DNA of 62,927 bases from a virus (taxonomy: Duplodnaviria; Caudoviricetes): IMG/VR virus record IMGVR_UViG_3300035187_002838, positions 1-62,927 of that record; one strand, given 5' to 3'. Every line of letters begins with the position of its first letter. Position 1 is the first letter of the stretch. The notes under the pieces are model-generated. The model had not been told where the DNA came from. It was given only the letters and a program-made list of their open reading frames with translations, and did no database searches. Shown in pieces: positions 57,362 through 62,927 of this stretch. Position numbers and translations under genes: made by a program.

Positions 57362-57713
57362 TTCTGTTGAAATGCCGAGTTCTAGTTTCAACCCTCTTGA
57401 ACCGGAAGATCCTATATATAATCCTAGAACCTTTAAGGAATCTATTTATCCTGAACTCAACGTATCTAATACAACAGCTAGTAAAATATTGAATGCAATT
57501 GGTATTTGGAAACATGATGAGCCTTTTCCTTATGAAGGTTTGATTGAAAACAAGAAGTTGGACGATTTATGCAAGTATATTCAAAAGCATATTCAAAATC
57601 ATAACGATACTGTAAAATTTATTGATTCAGACGGCTTTATCGTAAAATTACAAAGATTGGACAGAGTTTTACGTTTTGCAATTGCTCTTAACGACGATGT
57701 TGTGTGGTGTTAA
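57327..57713 (+). CDS. hypothetical protein
   Basis: Within track ORF 57264..57713; ELNVSN motif. Confidence 0.5.
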   Translation: MTITFFLKKHNSSVEMPSSSFNPLEPEDPIYNPRTFKESIYPELNVSNTTASKILNAIGIWKHDEPFPYEGLIENKKLDDLCKYIQKHIQNHNDTVKFIDSDGFIVKLQRLDRVLRFAIALNDDVVWC

Positions 57714-57715
57714 AC

Positions 57716-58627
57716 ATGTTTAAACCAATGCTAGCTCCTGGAGAAGACCCTTTATCTTTTCCCGATTACTTTAAAAAGCTGCAATATCCACTGTTGTGTT
57801 CTCCGAAATACGACGGTGTACGAGCGGTAATTAAGGGTCGAAAAGCAATGTCAAGATCTTTCAAGATTTTGCCATCTTACCAAGTTCAGGATGAATTTTC
57901 AGAATTTGAGCATTTCGACGGTGAAATTATCGAAGGCAATTCTACTGACTTTAATGTTTATAACAGAACACAAAGTCATGTAATGTCTGCCAACAAGCCT
58001 GGAAATCTTACATACTTTGTATTTGACTATACACATCCAGAGTTTTTAAACAAGCCTTTTCATGAGCGTCTTGAGTTTCTAGAATGGTTCATTGGCACTA
58101 CATTCATTGGCACTACAGGCCAAGCTCGATTTGTGCCTCATGAGTATGTAGAGACTTACGAAGAACTGATTGTCTATGAAAAGAAGTGTTTAGCTCAAGG
58201 CTTTGAAGGCATTATGATGCGAGACCCCATGGGTTTCTATAAGCCGGGTAGAGGTACGTTCAGGGAAGGTCTTATCTACAAACTAAAGCGTTTTAAAGAC
58301 GCTGAAGGACTTATTGTTGATATTCTTCCAATGATGGTCAATAATAATGAACTTCAAACAGATGAGCTAGGTTACGCAAAAAGGTCTTCAAGTAAAGCAG
58401 GTCTGGAAGAAGGAGATATTGCAGGTAAATACGTAGTGTTCTTTGAAGGGATGCATCTGGATATTGCTCCCGGTGCATTTACCCATGGTGAACGCTATGA
58501 GATGCTTCAAAATAAGGAAAAGTATGTTGGAAAGAAACATCTTAAGTTTAGATTCTTTAATCACGGTGTAAAAGATAAACCAAGGTTTCCAAGAGCAATC
58601 GGTCTAAGGGAGACACTCGATCTATGA
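57716..58627 (+). CDS. ATP-dependent DNA ligase
   Basis: Motif I SPKYDGVR, FDGEI, FD, GFEGIM, KLK, PRFP. Confidence 0.9.
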   Translation: MFKPMLAPGEDPLSFPDYFKKLQYPLLCSPKYDGVRAVIKGRKAMSRSFKILPSYQVQDEFSEFEHFDGEIIEGNSTDFNVYNRTQSHVMSANKPGNLTYFVFDYTHPEFLNKPFHERLEFLEWFIGTTFIGTTGQARFVPHEYVETYEELIVYEKKCLAQGFEGIMMRDPMGFYKPGRGTFREGLIYKLKRFKDAEGLIVDILPMMVNNNELQTDELGYAKRSSSKAGLEEGDIAGKYVVFFEGMHLDIAPGAFTHGERYEMLQNKEKYVGKKHLKFRFFNHGVKDKPRFPRAIGLRETLDL

Positions 58628-58830
58628 ATGAAGATTTTGTAAAAGCACTAAATGAAGCTGACTTAAGCCTATCTGAGTTTCTTGACGTATATTCTAATGA
58701 AATTGAGGAACTTATTGAGACAGGACACTGTGAGTTGACTTTAGGGCTTATTGAGACAGGACCTTGTGACTTAACTTTAGGGAATAAAGATAAAGTCTGG
58801 AAACTTTATCTAACTGTTAAGAAAGATTAA
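58624..58830 (+). CDS. small acidic protein with internal 12-aa duplication
   Basis: LIETGHCELTLG / LIETGPCDLTLG. Confidence 0.55.
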   Translation: MNEDFVKALNEADLSLSEFLDVYSNEIEELIETGHCELTLGLIETGPCDLTLGNKDKVWKLYLTVKKD

Positions 58831-58831
58831 C

Positions 58832-59839
58832 ATGTCTGGAATGAAAACTAACGTAATAAAGCTTGCTCTTAATCATAAGATTAAAGACTGGCTTTCGACA
58901 ATTACTGATGAAAGTGTCAAAAAGCTTGCAGAAGCAAACACACTTGTTTCTGGCGGAGCTATTGCTTCAATGCTTGCCGGTGACAAAGTCAACGATTATG
59001 ACATTTACTTTAGAAATCAAGAAACTGCACTCGCAATTGCATACTATTATGTAAATACGTTTAATAAAACAAAAGGAGAGCTAAAAGCAAAAGCAATTGC
59101 AAGCTGTAATCCAGAAGTTAAAGTGGAAACTCGTAAAAATATTCGAAATGAAGAAGAAGCGCGTATCGTAATATACATAAAGTCTGCAGGTGTTGCTTCT
59201 GAATCTCAGACAACATATGAGTACTTTGAAAGCAGTCCTGAGATTTCTAACGATGAATTTATGTCAAGTTTGAGCTCAGACGAGGGAGATGAGACTGTTA
59301 ATGAAATTCTAGTTACTGATCCTTACACCACAGCTCAAGAACTTTCTGAAGATCTTAAGGATAAGAAGGCTAAATATCGTCCGATTTTCTTTTCAGAGAA
59401 TGCCGTTACACTGTCTCAAAAGGTTCAATTAGTAACGAGATTTTACGGTGAGCCAGATAAGATTCATGACAATTATGACTATGCGCATTCAATGTGCTGT
59501 TATGATTATGCCAAAGGTAACTTGATTATCCACGAAGAAGCCTTGCGAAGTATTCTTAGCAGGTCGTTGATTTACAAGGGCTCACTGTATCCTGTGGCAA
59601 GTTTGTTTAGGATTCGTAAGTTTATTAACAGAGGTTGGCGAATTAGTGCTGGCCAAATGCTTAAGATCATCATGCAGCTTTCAAATGTTGATCTTAAGAA
59701 TCCTGCTGTTCTCAAAGAGCAGTTGATTGGTGTTGATCAAGCGTACATGCATCAACTTATTGCAGCTTTGCAAAGTCAAGACAGCAATCGAGTTGATACT
59801 ACATATCTGGCAAAACTAGTGGATGAGATTTTTGAATGA
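58832..59839 (+). CDS. nucleotidyltransferase-fold protein (CCA/poly(A) polymerase-like N-terminal motif)
   Basis: SGGAIASML....VNDYDIYF; later YD..H and R..KF..RGW. Confidence 0.62.
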   Translation: MSGMKTNVIKLALNHKIKDWLSTITDESVKKLAEANTLVSGGAIASMLAGDKVNDYDIYFRNQETALAIAYYYVNTFNKTKGELKAKAIASCNPEVKVETRKNIRNEEEARIVIYIKSAGVASESQTTYEYFESSPEISNDEFMSSLSSDEGDETVNEILVTDPYTTAQELSEDLKDKKAKYRPIFFSENAVTLSQKVQLVTRFYGEPDKIHDNYDYAHSMCCYDYAKGNLIIHEEALRSILSRSLIYKGSLYPVASLFRIRKFINRGWRISAGQMLKIIMQLSNVDLKNPAVLKEQLIGVDQAYMHQLIAALQSQDSNRVDTTYLAKLVDEIFE

Positions 59840-60024
59840 TTAAAGAAGGCGAACGTTGGATGACTCGTAATGGAGAAATTTTCACAATTTTCTCTATAGG
59901 CACGGATAAAGAATTTCCGATTATTGCAATCAACGATAAAAAGCGATTGGAAAAGTTTACACGAGATGGTTATCTTGTGAACAAAACTTTTCCTAAATCC
60001 GGAGACTTGGTGACACCGCTATGA
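59836..60024 (+). CDS. hypothetical protein
   Basis: TRNG...FPI...FTRDG...DLV. Confidence 0.55.
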   Translation: MIKEGERWMTRNGEIFTIFSIGTDKEFPIIAINDKKRLEKFTRDGYLVNKTFPKSGDLVTPL

Positions 60025-60284
60025 CCAAACAAAATAATACTGAATTTCTCGTAGATGTAATGGAATTTAGTAAAAGCGGACCTTTGATGCAAATCTTTGT
60101 TATTGAAGCTTTGCGTTATTATTCTGAACTTGTTTCTAAAACGGAGGCTACTGAGACTGAAAAAGATTCTGTTTCATTGATTAATCCAAAAGCTTGGCGG
60201 GAAACTGCCAAAGAACTTCATAAACTTTTGACTGAAAAATATGAGCCTAAAACCACTGGTGATCTACCACAAAAACTGTCTTGA
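60021..60284 (+). CDS. hypothetical protein
   Basis: 87-aa ORF coupled to neighbours. Confidence 0.55.
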   Translation: MTKQNNTEFLVDVMEFSKSGPLMQIFVIEALRYYSELVSKTEATETEKDSVSLINPKAWRETAKELHKLLTEKYEPKTTGDLPQKLS

Positions 60285-61089
60285 TGGCTTTGCTGCAGCC
60301 TGGTGCTTTCATAGAATTGGACAGCTGAATCCCAATATATACCCGCAAGGTATTGATTTTCATGCAGCTTCATATAATAAAGAACCTCCGAATATAAGGG
60401 ATCGTGACGTTTTTATTGTAGACTTCTCTTATCCTAGAGATGTCACAGAGAAGATGCTTCAAGATGTTCTTAACCTTACAATCCTTGACCATCACGAATC
60501 TGCAATAAGGAATCTTGAGGGCTTAAGCCATCATAAGCTTAAAATGATTCTTGATAAAAGTCGTAGCGGTGCAAGGATTGCTTGGGACTTTTGTTTCGGC
60601 AATTGGGCTGAACCTCCTATGGTTCTTAAGCATATCGAAGACAGAGACCTCTGGCTGTTCCATCTCCCTAACACCCGGCATATTGCAGCTGTTGTTGCGC
60701 TTGGCGGGTTTGATTTTAAGGAGTATGACAAGCTGATGCTTGATCCTGACATGGATCGACTTGTTGAAGCAGGAATGATTCTTGACAAGTATCAGCAGAA
60801 GGCTGTCAAAGATTTGGCCAATCATGCCAGGCCTATGATTATTGGCGGTCATATGGTTCCATGTGTTAATGCGCCTTTCATGTTTGCTAGTGACATTGGT
60901 AATTTGCTTTCAGAGGATGTGCCATTTGCTGCTAGCTATTTTGACAGTGAACATTCACGAATGTTCTCGCTTCGATCGAGACCTGGAGGCCTTAACGTAT
61001 CGTTGATTGCTGAGAGGTATAACGGTGGCGGTCACGAGCATGCTGCCGGTTTTAAAGTCGATCGAGATCACGATCTTGCAAAAGCTTAA
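60241..61089 (+). CDS. DHH/DHHA1 phosphoesterase
   Basis: YH..C.DG, VDFS, LDHH, DRDLW, SLRS, GGGHEHAAG. Confidence 0.88.
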   Translation: MSLKPLVIYHKNCLDGFAAAWCFHRIGQLNPNIYPQGIDFHAASYNKEPPNIRDRDVFIVDFSYPRDVTEKMLQDVLNLTILDHHESAIRNLEGLSHHKLKMILDKSRSGARIAWDFCFGNWAEPPMVLKHIEDRDLWLFHLPNTRHIAAVVALGGFDFKEYDKLMLDPDMDRLVEAGMILDKYQQKAVKDLANHARPMIIGGHMVPCVNAPFMFASDIGNLLSEDVPFAASYFDSEHSRMFSLRSRPGGLNVSLIAERYNGGGHEHAAGFKVDRDHDLAKA

Positions 61090-61249
61090 CACCGAGAGCT
61101 GTTGAAAATAAACAATTTCTAGGGGCCGTAGGAGACGTCGTTTGACGTCCCATGGCCGTCCTACTAGCTTGCCACAAGCGTGCCAAGTAGGGTACTTTCC
61201 GGCCCAGCATGGGGTACTTTAGGAGACTGCAGTGTACGACACCAGCTAA

Positions 61250-61265
61250 CCCGTTAACTTAACCC
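61250..61265 (+). promoter_or_regulatory. putative phage RNAP promoter, class B variant CCCGTTAACTTAACCC
   Basis: Fourth intergenic copy of CCCGTTARNTTAACCC. Confidence 0.7.
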
Positions 61266-61403
61266 TTATTCTGAAAATAAAGGTTCGCAATACCATTCGC
61301 GTTAGAAATGGTTCATGAATGTGTCTTAATCTGTTTCTATAAACCAAAGGAGTTGATCATGTTAATCAATCATTAGTGATGCTGTGCATCAAAGGATATA
61401 ATC

Positions 61404-61973
61404 ATGGAATTGAGGCAAGTTTTTACCACTCCCGACGGCAAGACTTTCGACACTAAGGCTGAGGCTTTGACCTATCTGCGTCGTCCTAAGATCAAAGAGG
61501 CGATGATGAAGGTTACGGGTGGTAATGCTGAGCTTTCTGATTGGTTGATCGAAAACCAAGAGAAGGTCGAGGTGGCTTTTGAGACTGGCACCATTCGGCG
61601 TGTTACGAAATCTGAACATAACAAGTTGTCCAAGGCTCTGGATGCTCTGAAGGAAATTCAAGGGAATTCCAAGATTGCTTTCCTGCAAGAAAATGCAGGC
61701 GCGATTCTGGATTCGTTCCGTTGGCCTTCCGTCAAGCGCATGGATGAAGCTGAAAAGGCAACGGCTGCGCGCAACACTCTGGTTGCTGCTAGCGAAGGTA
61801 ACGAGAAGCTGGCTGAGTGGGTTCTTGGTAACAAGGACGCTATCCTGGCTGCTTATGAGGCTGGTATTGAGAAGAAGCAGATTAATGCTAAGGCTCAAGA
61901 AGGTCTTGCTGCTTATCGCGCTAAGATGGCTGCTCAAAAGGCAGCTGCAGCTGAAGGTAAAGCCGCAGAGTGA
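61404..61973 (+). CDS. hypothetical Ala/Lys-rich helical protein
   Basis: AAAGGA RBS; 189 aa; two related segments (GNAELSDWL / GNEKLAEWV). Confidence 0.7.
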   Translation: MELRQVFTTPDGKTFDTKAEALTYLRRPKIKEAMMKVTGGNAELSDWLIENQEKVEVAFETGTIRRVTKSEHNKLSKALDALKEIQGNSKIAFLQENAGAILDSFRWPSVKRMDEAEKATAARNTLVAASEGNEKLAEWVLGNKDAILAAYEAGIEKKQINAKAQEGLAAYRAKMAAQKAAAAEGKAAE

Positions 61974-62087
61974 TATAACAAAACCACTTCCTCAAGTCTT
62001 AAATCATCCTCACGGAAGAGCTGTACTTGGCTCGTTGATTTAGACTTGAGGGTGTCATCTGTTATAGATACATGTGGTTTTGGTTGT

Positions 62088-62143
62088 AGACCACCAAGTC
62101 TTTAAACTGGAATGTAGACCTGAGTAAGTCTTAAAATCTGCTT
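62088..62143 (+). repeat. two tandem variants of the H-type pseudoknot motif
   Basis: AGAC-CACCAA-GTCT-TTAAAC-TGG and AGAC-CTGAGTAA-GTCT-TAAAATC-TGCTT. Confidence 0.55.
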
Positions 62144-62205
62144 GTTGAAAAATCTTTAGGTTAATCAAGTTCAGTCTCCTTTCGGGATTTGCTTAGAGGT
62201 TTTAT

Positions 62206-62250
62206 TCCCTCCTGAGTTTACTTAATTGTAGCTCAGGAGGGATTTTTTTT
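62206..62250 (+). terminator. intrinsic terminator
   Basis: TCCCTCCTGAG...CTCAGGAGGGA then T8. Confidence 0.8.
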
Positions 62251-62271
62251 ATTCAATACAGGAGTCTTCAA

Positions 62272-62436
62272 ATGATGTTTAATTGTTTTCGTCTTAAAGT
62301 AAACGGTCGTACTTTCGGATTCTTCAAGTCTGAACAGTCAGCCGAACTTGTTAAAAACAGTCTTGATGAAATGGGTCTAATTTATGGAGAAGAATGGAAT
62401 ATCACCGGTGAGTATGTTCCTGATCTAACTTGGTAG
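62272..62436 (+). CDS. 54-aa hypothetical protein (not in ORF track)
   Basis: AGGAG RBS; MMFNCFRLKVNGRTFGFFKSEQSAE... Confidence 0.6.
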   Translation: MMFNCFRLKVNGRTFGFFKSEQSAELVKNSLDEMGLIYGEEWNITGEYVPDLTW

Positions 62437-62446
62437 TACAATCAGT

Positions 62447-62474
62447 GGGCTGTTAGCTCAGTTGGTCAGAGCAG
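62447..62474 (+). pseudogene. 5' fragment of a tRNA gene (acceptor 5' strand and D-arm only)
   Basis: GGGCTGT-TA-GCTC-AGTTGGTCA-GAGC-AG; no anticodon or T-arm follows. Confidence 0.65.
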
Positions 62475-62500
62475 TATCTATTCATTCAAAGGAAATGAAA

Positions 62501-62927
62501 ATGATAACACAAGAGTATTTAAAAAAGCTGTTTGATTATAATAATTTTGACCTTATATGGAAAGAAAGCAGAGGTCCTGCTAAAGCAGGTTCTATTGCTG
62601 GTACTGTCAATTCTAGAGGCTACCGTCATATTAGGATTGATAATAAGTTCTATCAAGCACACCGTTTAATTTGGATTTACATATATGGATTTTTAAATGA
62701 TAATGAAAAGATAGATCATATTGATAGAAACCGAACTAATAATAAAATTTCTAATTTAAGAAAATGCTCTGATACTGAAAACAGCCTGAACAGAAATGCT
62801 TCTTCAAATTCATCGTCTGGTATTAAAAATATTTATGTAACAAAGTCTGGGTTATTCTATGTTGAGTGCAGATTAAACGGTAAACAGTATAGGACACCTA
62901 AATTTAAAAACATAGATGAAGCTGTTA
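62501..62927 (+). CDS. HNH endonuclease, truncated by window end (not in ORF track)
   Basis: AAAGGA RBS; MITQEYLKKLFDY...AHRLIW...IDHIDRNRTNNKISNLR. Confidence 0.85.
   Translation, partial: MITQEYLKKLFDYNNFDLIWKESRGPAKAGSIAGTVNSRGYRHIRIDNKFYQAHRLIWIYIYGFLNDNEKIDHIDRNRTNNKISNLRKCSDTENSLNRNASSNSSSGIKNIYVTKSGLFYVECRLNGKQYRTPKFKNIDEAV

Noticed and set aside
62447-62520. Complete tRNA gene
   Set aside because: No anticodon stem, T-arm (GTTCRA) or acceptor 3' strand
1-62927. Alternative genetic code
   Set aside because: Standard code gives full-length conserved proteins; the only split core gene is explained by the intron

Overview
A 63-kb, AT-rich stretch of a tailed dsDNA phage (siphovirus-type morphogenesis genes), with essentially all genes on the + strand. 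Order: head module (portal, MuF-RNA polymerase fusion, scaffold, major capsid); tail module (tube, frameshifted chaperones, 3453-aa tape measure, tip/fibre); lysis; an early region at about 36.8-43.5 kb of small ORFs densely interleaved with structured RNA elements; a second T7-type RNA polymerase; and a T7-like replication/nucleotide module (SSB, PolA, exonuclease, primase-helicase, class II RNR, ligase). No terminase, integrase or CRISPR array was recognised. Highlights: (1) a head-morphogenesis (MuF/SPP1 gp7) protein fused to a single-subunit RNA polymerase, probably virion-packaged, split within motif B by a group I intron whose terminal base is A rather than G; (2) two distinct repeated promoter-like motifs, matching the two polymerases; (3) three hammerhead ribozymes separating the first early genes, plus repeated pseudoknots, RNase III-like stems and long poly-T tracts; (4) an approximately 530-nt highly structured candidate ncRNA. 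All calls come from reading motifs by eye; no database searches or folding programs were run, so novelty is unverified.
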